Of a stretch of 64,000 nucleotides of DNA, positions 27,912 to 41,340 are shown piece after piece. Within the stretch, counting starts at the first letter, position 1. Each line of letters begins with the position of its first letter. The stretch comes from Lama glama (Eukaryota): the NCBI GenBank assembly GCA_028534125.1, contig CM052816.1:35652001-35716000 (forward strand), written 5' to 3'. The notes under the pieces are model-generated. The model was not told the origin of the DNA and did not search any database. It worked only from the letters and a program-made list of their open reading frames with translations. Made by a program: the position numbers and the translations under genes.

Positions 27912-29984
27912 GTAAGTTGCCTATCAAGTTTGTTTTCTATGCGTCATGCTTGTTATTATATTCTTTCTCTCTCCCCGTATATACGTGTGTATACACACAT
28001 GCATAGATGTGTGGATATATGGATATGCTATTACAGCTATGCATTACATGATGCCCAGTTTTCTAAACTAATCTGACATCATTGGTTAAATTTTTCTGTT
28101 GAAAAATGACTTTTGTGCTTATACGGAAAGAAAAGCAATCATACACACAGTCAACTGGGATTTTGGCCACCTCTCCTTAAGTCCGTGGACCACAGTTTAA
28201 AAGGTTTGCATGGCACGTGCGCGGTCTTACAGTAAAGTTCTGTTCTGGATTCCAAGTTGCCCACAATAGTAAGTAGAAAGAACAGTGCCACAGTGCTTGG
28301 TCGCAGTCCAGAGTATGCGATTTCAGTGCTCAACATCTATGTGTTCTGGCCATTTGGGGGCAAGAAAGGGCCAGTGAGGGGTATTACGTGGGAATTTGCC
28401 TCCCTCCATACTTCAGATGCCACTTTTTGCAGATGATGAGAAACAGTCCCAGAGACCCCACTGAGAGTCTGTGGAGCTGGCCAGAGACATAAGCATGAGT
28501 TTGAGAAATTGTGCTGCATTTAATATTGGGGCCCTTTGAAGTCTAGGAGGAAAGATGATAAAAATCTGTGTTGATAACCAGGCATTAGAGAAGTGCTTTC
28601 CCCCTTGTCACTTTTATGTTTCCCTTGTAACAAATCTAGGAAATAGTCATTTGTTCTATTGGGGACAAAATGGAGGCCCAGAAAGACCAGGCACTGGCCC
28701 AAGGCCGCTCATCCAAGGCTCTACCCCAGATCTTCACGTCTAGGGCACTGGACCCTGGGGGCTGTCTCCAGGCATGGAGGTGCTTCCTTGGGAAAGGCCT
28801 ACCTCAGATACTTGCTCAGAAAGTACTGGCGTCTTGTAATAATTTATACATGTGTGCCACTTTTGCAAATGGTGATTAGGCACAAATCTAGTGAAAGAGG
28901 GTGAAACTAATATATATGCCTCTCAAAGGACATTCGTTTTCTACATGTAGTGAATCTGGAAGCAAATAAGAAGAACGGCCCAAATTGTGTGTGTGCTTTG
29001 TCATTTTTGTTAGTTGACCTAGTTCTTTTCTCCAAGTGCTTTAAGATCCCAACTTCTAGGCCTTTGCCAGTTAGTTATGTTTAGAGAGATTCTATTACAT
29101 ATTCTCAGCCCAGCCTAGAAAGCTGACTGACTTTGTTACTAAGCAACAGCGCTGAGACCCAGGGGTGGCAAGTCTCCGTGAAATTTCACTACTAACTAAC
29201 CTAACACTGCTACTAACCCTGTCACTTTAAAATGACTTCTTTTTAAAACAAGTGAAAGTAGGCAGTGTTCTGGAAACACTAAACAGTGAGAGCAGAGCCC
29301 CTCAGCTTCTGCCAGAAGGAACTGCTACATGAGCACCAGCTAAGCAGGGACCCCAAATTGTGGGCATTCAAAATGTGTCTGTGTACCTACAGCCATTCTC
29401 AAATGCACTGTACTTCTAGTTCATACTTCTTAGATTTGTTGAGGTCTGCTCCACTTTCAGAGATGAACTGTAGAAATTTGTATTACAGTTAGTGCAGGAG
29501 ATTATTCCAGACATATTTGCTGAGCAGCATTTTGCTAATTTTAAGTTAAGGAAGGTATCCTTTTCTACCTAAATGCAGATTAGTCCAAAATGAGATAAGA
29601 AGGCTGTTGTGATGAACAGTGTCCCTGAGGGTTTTAGCCATTTCCTCAGGTGGCCTCGGAGTCCTTTCTCCAACCGGCCAGCTACTCTAAGGGTCCACTG
29701 GCTCTCGCACCAGGCAGTCCGACCACAGCCTGCTGCAGGGCGGCCCAGCCTGGCTGTCCTCAGATTTAAGGCATATCAGGGCCAAGCACAGGGGTTCCAT
29801 GCGGATGGAAAAAGTTTCCAAGCCACACACAAAATGCAAGTAAAGCCATGTAACTCAAAAGCCTGCCTGTTGATTTAATTGGATGGAAATCTAGTGTGAG
29901 TAGCTATTTGACATTTGTATTATGCTATCCATCTCCAGATTTTTAATTTCTATCAAGATTCAAAGAAAGAAAAGAGGTTGGTAG

Positions 29985-30225
29985 TTGAAGGCACGAACTT
30001 TGGATCCAGGGTTCAGGTTCATATCTGGGTTCTGACGTGGTTGTGTCATCTTGGGCAGCCACTTAACCTCTCAGGGCCCATTACTCATTTGTAAACTGAG
30101 GATGACCATCGAACCTGTCTTGTAGAATTGTCGTGAGCATTTAAATGAGTGAACACATAGCAAGCCCTTAGAATAATGCTTGTTCTATATAAAATGCTCA
30201 GTGTTTGATTATTCTTACCATTAGC
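29985..30225 (+). mobile_element. MIR SINE
   Basis: TGTGTCATCTTGGGCAGCCACTTAACCTCTC..CTCATTTGTAAACTGAGGATGA. Confidence 0.8.
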
Positions 30226-33200
30226 ATCATTATATTAAGTGGTGTTTTGATATTTGAATTTCCAAATGGGAAAAAACTGTATGGCCTACTATCCCCTTTT
30301 GAAAGGAAATTTTTAAAAAGAGGGAAAAATAAAGTCAGATTAGAGAAGATACTGCCATTATGCTTTTTCCTCACTGAAATTTAGAGTGGGGATTATTGTT
30401 TTCTATACAAAGATATCAATAATTTCATTTTCAACACACTTTACAAGGGAAAACTAATGCCTCTGTGGGACACTTTCTACTTGGAATCAACTCGCTGACT
30501 CAGAGGTAAGAGGCTGAAGGAAGACTTGCAGTGGGAGAAAAGGCTGTGTTGAAGAGAAGACAATTCAAATAGGTAGGGACACACACACAAAAAGAAGTCA
30601 GAAAAATAATGGGGAAAGAATAGAAGAACAGAAACATGAAAAACAGTGAAATTATGATGAGGATATGGAGACCAAGAGCCCTGTCTGTCTGAGTCTGATC
30701 ATCTGTGCCAACAGAGAATTAAAGAACAAGATTAGTTTGGGGCTGTCTCTCTTCTCCCTGTGCTTTAACCCAATCTGCTAACCACTAAAAACTTAATTGG
30801 AGCTCTCCTTTCTGCACACCAACTGGAGCCAAAGGAGGAGGCAAGAGACCTCAGTGGTCTACACAGCTAAGCCCTGTGACAGGCATGTTGTCAGTGGGAT
30901 TTCTGCACTAGGGGGAGATGGGGTTTGTGATCTCTGTCTGTCCCAGGGCTTGTGTTCTGTGATCCTGGGGTTCTCAGAAATACTGAAGGCTAGTTATATT
31001 TTCTTTCACATGCAGTTGGTTTCATTTGGGGCCACTCATCTTTGATTTGGAAGCTATACTTTATCAAACTTCTGCTTTTTCCTTCCTGGAGCTTTTGAGG
31101 AATTATAAAAAAAATAAAGTGCATTGTATTCGTTGTAGGAAGAAAAATGATTTTCCTCTATTTCTCTCTCTTTCATTAGGTAAACAAAGACTAGATGAGA
31201 AACATTATGTGTATTCTTTGCAGATGAAATCAACATGTACTTAGATTAGCAGACAGTGTCTAAGCTAAACAGTAGTAAATTTGGTTACAACATTGATGAC
31301 TCCAAGGAAGGAGTCCTCCAGCCGTTGGACAAATGCAGCATTCCCCAAGCACTTGTAAAATTAGGAAGCGCATTAAGAAGCCCTTGTTTGAGTAGCTTTT
31401 CTGATGGCTGGATGGATAAGCATGTTAGAGGCATTACTTTGGGTTTTGAAGCCGACGCCACTTAATCTCCTAAACTTGAGTGCATTGTAAGAACCAAGAG
31501 GAGAAAACGCTGTGTGAGACGGCTTTGATGAATTGGGGTGAACTTATATTCTTAAAGACTGTTCAAAGGCTTACTTGACCTTGGGAATTAGAGTTGACCC
31601 GAAATCACCTATCAACTTAACACACATTTATTTGGTGATTTACTTAAAACGACTTGTATAACCAACGGGACTCTCTAATAAGTGCAGTATGTTTGTCCTG
31701 CTTTCCACGATTATAGGCAGTTGGTGGCTTTGGTCATAGAAATCATTTTCACAACTTCAGTGAATTCTAGATTCTATACAGCTCTGTTTCTTCTAATAAT
31801 GTGATATTTTCCTCACTTGTTACAAGGCAGTTTGGATGGAGAACAAAACTAAAAAGGACCAAAAAAGAATCCTAGGAAAGCTGGAGGGCAAATGGAAATG
31901 CAGTGTTCAAGGTTAATGAAAAATGTTTGGGGTAACGAGGTAGATGAGGAGGGAGGGAGCCCGGTGGCATGGGATTGGCTGAGAAACCAGACCTGGCCAG
32001 AGGCAGCCTGGCTGGCTTGGGAAACCTCTGTGATAAAATGCCACGGTGGAAACCTCTGCAGCGTGTGTTAATACAGAAGTTTTGAGACAGAGGGCCTGAA
32101 TTATGAGCAGCGAATAACATCATAAATGTAGCAATTCTCAAATGCCAAACCCTTGTGAAAAGCAGTTGGATGAAGAAATGCTGGAGCTTTTAAAAGCTCC
32201 CTTTCACTTTTTTTTTTTTAACTTCATGCAGAACTAATTTTACACACTGTTCATTTGATTTGAAAATGCCAGCGTCTGGGGTATCATTAAAGAGCGTTAT
32301 TGAGGGAGCCACTCTTGGTAAAGCCTTTTGCTTAAAATGCTTATTAGTTCGTATGTTCCTGCAGAGTCGTAGATAGTAAGGAGAAAGGATCCCTCAGTTT
32401 ACCTAACCGCGCTCCTCTGCCCGTGCCTGGCGCGGGTAGCAGCCCTTCCACTGTGAGGCTGCCTCTCCTTGGCCCACGGAGGCGCCAGGAGGTCCGTAGA
32501 GGCGACATTACTTAAGGAATAGACATAAATAGATTTTGAAAGGTCCACCCCAATGTCCTATGACCAAAGCCTCTTGGAATTTCTTTGATTTCTAGTTGAC
32601 ATAAATTAGAATTACACAGGCGTGAAGAGCCGGCCAAGAGAAGATCAGAGAGGCTGGTGGGGGAGGAGAGGCCTCTGTGCGATCCTATTGATTATCCAGC
32701 TGCCTTCAGGCCGGGGGCCTTCCGTGGAGGCTGACTAGTATTGATGCACACCATGGAAATAATCAAATTAATTCATTTCTCATCAAACTGCCACTGCCAA
32801 GACCTTTCTCCCCACCTGCCCTAATTCCTGAAGTACTTAGTCGAGGAGTGAAACAGATGATTTCTTTTAATAAGAAATGATTTCTTCAGGTCATAAGAAA
32901 CCCTTGTTTTCACACAGAGTTCCTCATTTAAATGGTAGAGAGATTTAATCAAATCAATGAGAAGCCAATACAGAGAGCAAGTAATGGAAACCAGTCAGCT
33001 CTTTAAAGCCAGGAATCTGCTTTGCAACCTTAAAATATCAAGGGCCAAGTTTGGTGTGCCCAATTTAATGTAAAAATATTCAGGAAAAATTGACCGCTGC
33101 ATTTTTCAGGAAGTAATTATGGTAAGCGAAAACCTCAACAACCTAAATATTTCTGTGCAGAAAATGGAGTTTTTATCAGCTTGTTTAGGAATCACGAGCA

Positions 33201-34769
33201 GGAAAGCCCTGTGGGGAAAATAATACAGGACTCTGTAACTAATATACAGAACTAACTGGAAAAATCAGTTTAAGGGAAAAATAATTTGTGGGGCACTGTG
33301 TCCAGGACTGTTTGGGTAGCAATTCAGCCATGAAACAAAGTGTGTACCTGCAGGGACTCCCTTCTCCCTGCCACGTATCCACAGCTGTTTCCAGACTGCC
33401 CAGAGCCAAAACTGAAGATTGCAAATCTATGCCTTATCAAAGAAAATAACGTGAAAAAAAAAAACAAAAAACCGTTGCCTCCTAGTAAGGCAGGAGTGGT
33501 ATGACTCCATCAGATTGTGTAGCCCTATAGGTTGTGAGAGGCATCTCGTTACAACAGCCCGCAGTGCCTTGTGCTGCAGAAGAAAGGGCAGATGAAAAAT
33601 GGGGAGAGAATGTGGCTGGGGCTCTAAAATCTGAACTTAAGTCCTTCACTTGAAGTATCAGCATGTTGTTCCTTTTGCTGATAAAACACTTTCTTGCAGT
33701 GATTTCCACATAGGAACACTTTAAAACACATTTTTACAACCCTCCCCTGATTATTCCTGGTAATTGAAACAGGGAAAAAAACACATCAGCTGAAATTCAG
33801 AGGTTATCTCTCAACCTCATTTTAGCCAAGCTCCCATCTCCTCTTCCTCCAGCCCTCTTTACCTCCACTTCTACGGAGTGGTAACTGAGAGGCCTTTCCT
33901 GTATTTAAGTATTAAAGCAAGAAACACTGGCTTGGAGCTTTCTGACAGAGGTTAAGTTGGTGAGCACTAGTGTCAGACTGCTGGGTTTTCACATTCTGCA
34001 CCCTTCACTTTACTACCTGTGGGACTTGGGACAACTTTGTCTCTAAAAGCTTATTTTTTTTTAATAGTTGGGGCCCTTTAAGTTACAGTCAAACTTACAG
34101 ACGAAGAAGAAGCCTAGAGACTGGCAGGGCTCAGTCCTTTCTTGCAAATAGAGAGAGTGAAGACCTGGCAAGTCAGACAGCCAGTCAGTGTTCAGGCTGG
34201 TTTGTTTCTTCGGGAAAAGCAGCGTCTCCCTGGAACCTTTTAAGGGAATATGCAGGTAGCTGCTTCTGTTTTGCAGACTTCTGTTCTGGAACTGATGGAT
34301 AGTGAAATTGTTGTGGGTTTTTTTTTTTTTTTTATAAAGGAGGAAGGAGAGGACCTACTATTCCCCACATGCTGTAGGGTGAATAGGATGTTATGTTGAA
34401 GTTTGCCTAAAGGCACCCTGGAGCATCACTGCTTTGCAGTAAATAATCTCCTTGGAACTTTGATTTGGCTTAAGTAATTGTAAGAAAGAATTAGGTTGCA
34501 GGATCATATTATTTTTCTAATTCAGAAATAGCAAAGGTAACAGATATTTCTTAATGGAGCTCAGATTAGATCCCAGAAGTCCTAAGCACCTGACTTCACG
34601 GAGTAGAGACAGGGTGGCCCGGGAAGGAACGGCCGGGCCTGCCCGTGAGGCCCAGCCAGTCAGTGGCAGGTTTCCCAGGGCTGCTGTGCTGGGTCTCGTG
34701 AAAACTGGAGAGTAGTTTTTCAAGAGGAAACCTCACATTCCTCCCCCCTAATCCCAATTTTTCTCATAT

Positions 34770-35562
34770 AACTTATCCATTTAATCAAGAATTATCTCTT
34801 GAGCTCCTTACTATGTTTCAGTAACTGTGATGGGTGACAGGTCAAAAAGAACAGTGGACAAGATAGAGTTTCTACGGCGTGGAGCCTGCAGCCTGCTGGG
34901 GAAGACAGACAAGCAGATGGGCAGCTATGATGCTGTAAGACTGCAAATTAATTTTCCAAATGGCACCCCAAATTCTATTTCTGCTACATAAAGAACCTCA
35001 CTTTGGTCCCACACTACTTTCAGCTATGCTCCTCTACAGTTCTTTCTGTCACTTGACTCTTAAATTCCTGAAAAAGATTGACTATGAATAGTTGTCCTTA
35101 CTTTTCACCACTCCATACGGTCTATTTGCATTCTCAACACTGATTCTCTTCTTTTCAAAGCCACCAGTGACCCATGTCACCAAATCCAGTTTCTACTTCT
35201 TAGACCACAACTTGCTGCACCCGCATGGTGCCCCCTCCCTCCTTTCTGAGAAGGCCTTTTTCTCTTGTTCTCAGTGTCACCAGGCCCCTGGCTTTTCTAT
35301 CTCCATCTCCCCTACTGCTTCTCTGTGCCTCCATTTCCTCAACTATAAGGTGGAAATAACCTACGTCATAGGCTGTTGAGAGGATTAATTATTTTGTGGT
35401 GGTGAATTCTCACCTACTCATCCCCATGACTCTCCTCTTCATTCGAATGTTAGCTCCACGGGTTTCTCTTCTGTGTTATATTGCCAGGCCCCACCACAGT
35501 GGCTGGTACGTAACGGATGCTAAACAAATGTGTATTGGATGATGGATGATGGATAGATGGAT
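34770..35562. mobile_element. L2 and MIR fragments ending in a (GATG)n tail
   Basis: L2(-) ~34770-34935; L2(+) ~35090-35300 and ~35460-35560; MIR core CTCTGTGCCTCCATTTCCTCAACTATAAG ~35320-35390. Confidence 0.6.
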
Positions 35563-37674
35563 TGTGTTTCTCATTTACATTCTGTGGCCCCAAGAGCCTC
35601 TGGGAATGACAGAGTGTCTCAGAGGCCAGGGTGCCTGGTCCTTGCACCTAACTTCATTCAGAGCCACCCCACTTTTATTGCTTCATTTAGTTGGTTTATT
35701 TCTTTGGTTTGTTTATTTATTTATTACTTCGGTTTGCAGAAGTATTATACAGCCAAAAGCAAGTTCGAAAATAGTTAGATCCCACTGCCTCATAATAATT
35801 TGGTAGTTTACAAAAAGTATCTAGACAGAGGGAAAGAAATAAATGAATAAGAAAGATGGCGCCTTGGATTTAATACCAGTTTCCGGTAGCTAGGAGAATT
35901 CTTAGTGTAACCGAAAGCCCCAGGGTTCAGGACAGTCAAGGACAGAGTTAGGAAACTGCTGTGTGACCAGACTAAGCTTCCTTCATAGCCTAACCCTGAA
36001 ATGCTCTGGTTTATGTCAGGTCTCTCTTCTGAAAGCCAAAAATATCACTTGTTTTCAGATTTCTTAATCTACAGATTTACAGATCACTTTTATGCAGAAT
36101 AAATTTTTGCTGATAATAAACTTGTTTTAGGAAACAGGTTAAATCCATAAATATCTACCTGATGGAAATTCAGTTTTAGAAAGGTGTCTGCTGGTGATTA
36201 CCACTGCCCTTTGGCTTTATGTAAGACAATAAAAACTGAAACCAAGAAAGACACTAAGCATGAAAGAAAATATAATTCTTCGTTCTGAGAGTTTTCTCTT
36301 TTGACTGTGTTTTTCAGCTTAACTTTGTAAGTTTAATTTAGAAACATGCAGACATTTTCCATAAATACATTACACTTACCACTCACTTAGTGACAACATT
36401 AATCATCTTATTAGGGCCCGGATTTTCCTCAGTCTTTTGGTGAATCATTCAGAGCGCCACCAAGACTCCTCAAGTGGCTTTCTCCATCCTGGTGTCCCGC
36501 ACATGTCAGTTTGGGTCCTTACCTGCGCTGCACCTGCAGATCCATACACAAAATGCACAGGCTTGCACAATGGGCCAATTCTACAGCCGTTGGTTTGTGG
36601 CCACAGAATGCCCTATGCAACACCACGTGCCTGGAGCTTCCACTTGGCTTGAAACATCTTTCTGGGTGGAGGATCGCTGGGTGAAACAGGGAATGAAAAT
36701 GTCACTAATTTTTCTGACAGTCTAGTTGTTGGACTCCTGTCACACTAATCTCTAATTAGAGGCTTCGGGTTGGCAAGCCTGGTTCTCACTTAAGACTGCA
36801 GGCGTTTCTGTGATCCCCATCCTCCCTGATTCTTTGCAGCTTTCTCACCGTGCTAATTCAAGTGAATAGAAGCAATGCTAGCGTTAACAGGCAACCCACA
36901 TTTCATGAAAAAGAGACAGCATGAAGCCAGGCCTGTTGTGATATTGACAGAGCAGAGCACTTCCAATCATGGCAGATTCTGAAATGGGATGACTGCATTT
37001 GACAAAGTTGACTGAATTTATGAGCCAGCCTCTGTCAGGTTCATTGCATTTTCAGTATCTGTCTCTTCCTATGCTTTGGGATTTTTAGATGAGTTTTTTG
37101 CCACCCAAGAGTAATATTTCTTACCTCTGTATTAAAAAAAATACACCTTGGGCTACTGGTATGAGGTTCATGCAGGAGACAGCAGTGCATGATGGGAGGC
37201 CTGTCATCGGCTGGCTCTCATATTTAGCAGTTGCCTTTTGGGCCCAATAACGATCATTTTCTTCTTAAAATTATATGATATACTTAGTCATGTGTGCCTT
37301 CTCCTCCCACTTTGTAAGTGGTCCTTGAGGAAACACCAAGTCCTTGTGTGGACTGGGTTTAGGGGGCTCTCCATTAGCTCTTAGGCTACACCCAACCGGA
37401 GATGGAAGACCAACGCCCAAGGACAGGAAACCAGTCTGTTTTACCACACTCAAAGAATATACCTTTTGTTTTAGGCAGTGATGAATATTTGAAACAAGAT
37501 GGGCTAATAAGCCATAGGAGCAACAATGTCTTCCCTCCAGAGCACCTGACCAGAGTTTAACGTGGAAGGTGGCACGGGGGGTGATGGGGGTGCTTGTTAC
37601 CTTTAAATGATCGTGGTTTAGATCGCAGCTTCAGATCCACAAGTGCAGAAACCACCTGTGCCCCCTTGGAGCTC

Positions 37675-37846
37675 TTTAGTTGACCTGAGCTGCACTTCAG
37701 AAGCCCCTGGGAGCTTTAAAAAACACTAATGCTTGGGCCCCCCTCCTGCGAGATTGGGATCCACTGAGTCTGAGCTCTGGTCTGGGCACTGAGAGTTTTG
37801 AAAGCTCCCCGGGTGATTCTAATGAGCAGTGGGCCAAGAACCACTG
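37675..37846. mobile_element. MER5A hAT-Charlie element
   Basis: CTGCACTTCAGAAGCCCCTGGGAGCTTTAAAAAACACTAATGC..AAGCTCCCCGGGTGATTCTAATG..GAACCACTG. Confidence 0.8.
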
Positions 37847-39689
37847 TGCCTTGGTTGTATTCTTGGTTGCAGACACAGTTTAATTCATCCCACATCAAGC
37901 GTTTGTTACGTATGTGTCACTGTGCGGTTCGTGGTTTGACTGAGAAGGAAAGTGGGAAGGAAAGGCACACACAGTGAGAAGCTGCCCACAGAGGAGAGAA
38001 AAGGAGCAGGGCGCTGGCACCCAGATCGCTCCCCAGCCCTCAGCGAACTCTCCCTTGGCTGGGGCTCTGCCCGCAGCCCGTTTCTGCCTGAAGAGCTACT
38101 GCCGCGTCCTCCTCCGTTGGCTGAAGGCAAAGAGGTGAGGTGAGAGATTGTAAAAGTGGCGCCACATTCCTGATGTCCTGGACCTCGCTGCTCTGACCAC
38201 AGGGAAACAGGCCGGACATGGCCTGTCACCAGACGGGGATGTGAGAAGTCCTGCGCAAAGGGAGGGAAATAGAACCGTACAAATCTACCCCAGCCTGCAG
38301 AGAGCTGGTGCATGTTGTCGGCCGTGCAGGGTCCTGGAAAAATCAGTGTACTGTCGCTCTTTTATTCTCTTCTTAGTGTCCTATTTAAAATCTTTTAAAC
38401 TGCATTTAGATGGCTCATTTCATTTACATGCAAATTTGAGGTATTACTAAATTCTCATCACCCTGATTTTATCCATTTTAATATGCGCCTATCTTGGGGC
38501 CAGTGGGCATTTGCTGAAAGAGCAATCCAGTCTCTTTTGAATCGGCATTGTCCGTGTCAACTGCTGCTGGCACCCGGAGAATGCCAGGGCCCAGGGAGAG
38601 CCAGCACAGCTTCCTAGGGAGCCCAGAAGCTCAAAGGGGGGCAGGCTCCAGAGGCATCTTGCCCGAGAGACAACACTCTGCCTCTGGGCTGCCAGGAGTC
38701 AGCCCCTGGGGCCGTTAGCAGTGAGTGACATTGCCCAGGGAGCCTGTGAAGAGTGACAGACCAGCGTGGAGGCAGGAGCCTTGAATTGGGAGGCAGGAGT
38801 TGACTGTGTTCCTTGCGACACCTTCACAGATATACTGTGGCCTCCTTACTTTCCCCACCTGCAGAAAGCTGGGATCGGGGCGAGGGGAGGGGGTCCTCTG
38901 TGCACCTCCCCCTCTAAGCAGTGCTGTTTGAAGCAAGAACTTACTTTGGTTGTACACTTGAGTTTGTTAGATGGACTGGAGGAATGTTGCCTTCCTTACA
39001 AAGCTTGCAAAGTAAAGGACAAGGTGGTTGTTTAATTCTAGCTCATGAGCAGGTTTCCTTTCTACCATGAATAATATGTGTGTATTTAGTACACGTGGTA
39101 CCCAGGCTGATGCCTCATTATCCTTCAGGAGTCCATGTAAATATCAGTTTTTTTGGAAAGCCCTTTCTAACCCCTTGGAGGAGGTTGGTACCTACTCAGT
39201 TCTTCCGTCCACAGCAGCCTGTACTTTTCTTTGAAAGCTCTTCTCTGGCTTTGCTGTTGTTGTAATTGTCCACCATCCCTACTCCAAGAGGGTTGGGTTC
39301 GTATCTGTCATGCTGGCCAAGTAGTCTACCTTTGGGACAAAGAAAATGTTTTAAACAGCAAGAGACTGTAGAGAGAGCAATGCCAGTTGATGGCATGGGG
39401 CGACTGGCCCTGGCACCAGGCCCCTCATCAGACCTACAGCTCCATCCTGTTTCCTCAGGTTTCAGAGTCTTCACGCAACCAGGATTCCACAACAGCATGT
39501 TTGTCAGGCCAAGTGAGATCCATGATCATTTACATTCCCATAGAGCAGCCATTCTGAAGAGAGTGTAAAGGACTTTGAAATGTATTTATCTGTAGAGTGC
39601 AATCATTGTTTAATGTTAGAAGGAAAATGAATGTCAGTGAACATTTTACTGGGTGGGTGATCAACTAAGCCCCAGTCTGACACTGTGTG

Positions 39690-39830
39690 CAGGGCGGTGT
39701 GGCCCAGTGAAGAGAACACTCGTGTTTGGGGGTCCTGGATTCAAATCCCGGCTTCCGTGTGAAACACTAATTCTATCTGAGCCACAGTTCATCTGTAACT
39801 GGGAGTATTGATGCTTGAATAGCAGACATT
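39690..39830 (+). mobile_element. MIR SINE fragment
   Basis: CCTGGATTCAAATCCCGGCTTCC..CTGAGCCACAGTTCATCTGTAA. Confidence 0.65.
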
Positions 39831-40016
39831 CACTGAATATGTTTCCCTTTCCCTCCTCCTCCATCCTGACCGGAATGGGGGCATACATTTATTTTGGTCA
39901 TTAGGATGAAAAATTAACAAACGATTTTCAAGTATTTTGCCAAAATAAATCATGCTGAAGAAAATAGAATGTGTTTGAGTTTCCTCGCCCACATAAGGGC
40001 CTAATACTGATGAGTA

Positions 40017-40150
40017 CAGTGTTTCTCAGTGGAGAGCACGAGGCAATTGGAGTTGGAGAATTTTTCCTTGTCTGGGACTATACCATCCATTGCAGTATTG
40101 TCTCCATGCTCCCTTGGACAACAAATACCAGCTACCACTGTGACAACAAA

Positions 40151-40185
<35 letters not shown>

Positions 40186-40222
40186 GCCCCCCAGGTGGCA
40201 GTGAAGACGTATAGAATTGCTG
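40017..40222. mobile_element. MER20-like hAT element containing a (CA)n expansion
   Basis: CAGTGTTTCTCA..CATTGCAG..TGTGACAACAAA..GAATTGCTG. Confidence 0.6.
40152..40183. repeat. (CA)16 microsatellite
   Basis: Perfect CA run read directly from the sequence. Confidence 0.95.
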
Positions 40223-41214
40223 AAGCCCAAGAAATCAGAGGGTGGACATAGCATTGTTCTGAGTCAGGAGATTTGTCCACAGTTCCTCCTCTGTCACCAG
40301 GAAACGGTGATATCAGAGGGGATCTTAAATGTCACAGAATTTCAGGATCTTCATGGGGCCCTCCTGGGTCTGCCACCCTGAGCAGGGCACTGATGCTGCA
40401 AGCTGAAGTATGAAATCTTCTGAACCATGTGGGTTTTTGCAAAGTTTTGGAAACCAGCACATGTACAGTGACCATTAGCATGTTTCTCAGTGTTACGCAC
40501 TCAGTGTAGTGTGTCCCTGATCTCCAGTAGGAGGGCCACCATCAATTAATCTGAAGGATTGACTGGTCCTTCCCTGAGTACCACCCAACAGCCTCATGAC
40601 CCAGCAAAAATTGTCAAGCCACCATCATGAACTGCTTTGGTCTTCTGTGCAAAATTATTGGAAAGCCCAGGCAAGGTGTATCTGGAAAGAGGCACCGGTG
40701 ATGTCAGATGCAAAGGAGAGTAGCACAAAGAATCACCTTGGATATGAACATCATAGGATTAAAGGAGTTTGGAGCTGCCTTAATGTCAAGATGTTAGAGA
40801 ATGCCGGCGCTGTAGCTGAACAGTCTGGAACAAGGTGAGCTTGTCTCCATGATCTCTGATGCAATACTAGTGGGTGCCTTTCTGTTTACTCAATACACAC
40901 TCATTGAACAACTACTATATTAGTATACCCAACAAATGTTTAGTGAGTACTTACTATGTGCCAGGCATTCTCTAGCTGCTGGGAGTTTGGCAGTGAACAG
41001 AAACAACAGAAACTCCTGCCTCATAAGCTTATATTTTAATGGGGCAAGAATATGCCAGCCAGTGTGTGTAGGACTGAAAACAAGGACTAAAATACTCCTT
41101 GCTGTCAAGGAACTTACAGTCTAAGAATAGTGCAATACATTTATTGTTTGTGGTATTTTAAATAGTAGTCACTTTTTGCAGGGAAACTTTCTCCATTAAA
41201 AAATGATTTTAGCT

Positions 41215-41340
41215 GGGGAGGGTTTAACTCAGTGGTAGAGTGCATATCTAGCAAGCAGGAGGTCCTGGATTCAATCCCCAGTACATTCATCAAAAAATAA
41301 ATAAACCTAACCACCTCTCCACCCACCCCTCCAAAAAATA
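41215..41340 (+). mobile_element. tRNA-derived SINE, camelid type
   Basis: GGGGAGGGTTTAACTCAGTGGTAGAG (A box), GGATTCAATCCCC (B box), AATAAATAAACCTAA tail; imperfect TSD AAAAAATGATTTTAGCT (41198-41214) / AAAAAATAATTTTAAGT (41333-41349). Confidence 0.85.

Noticed and set aside
32468..32490. CTCF-like motif TGGCCCACGGAGGCGCCA
   Set aside because: Several core positions mismatch the consensus; cannot be supported without a PWM scan.
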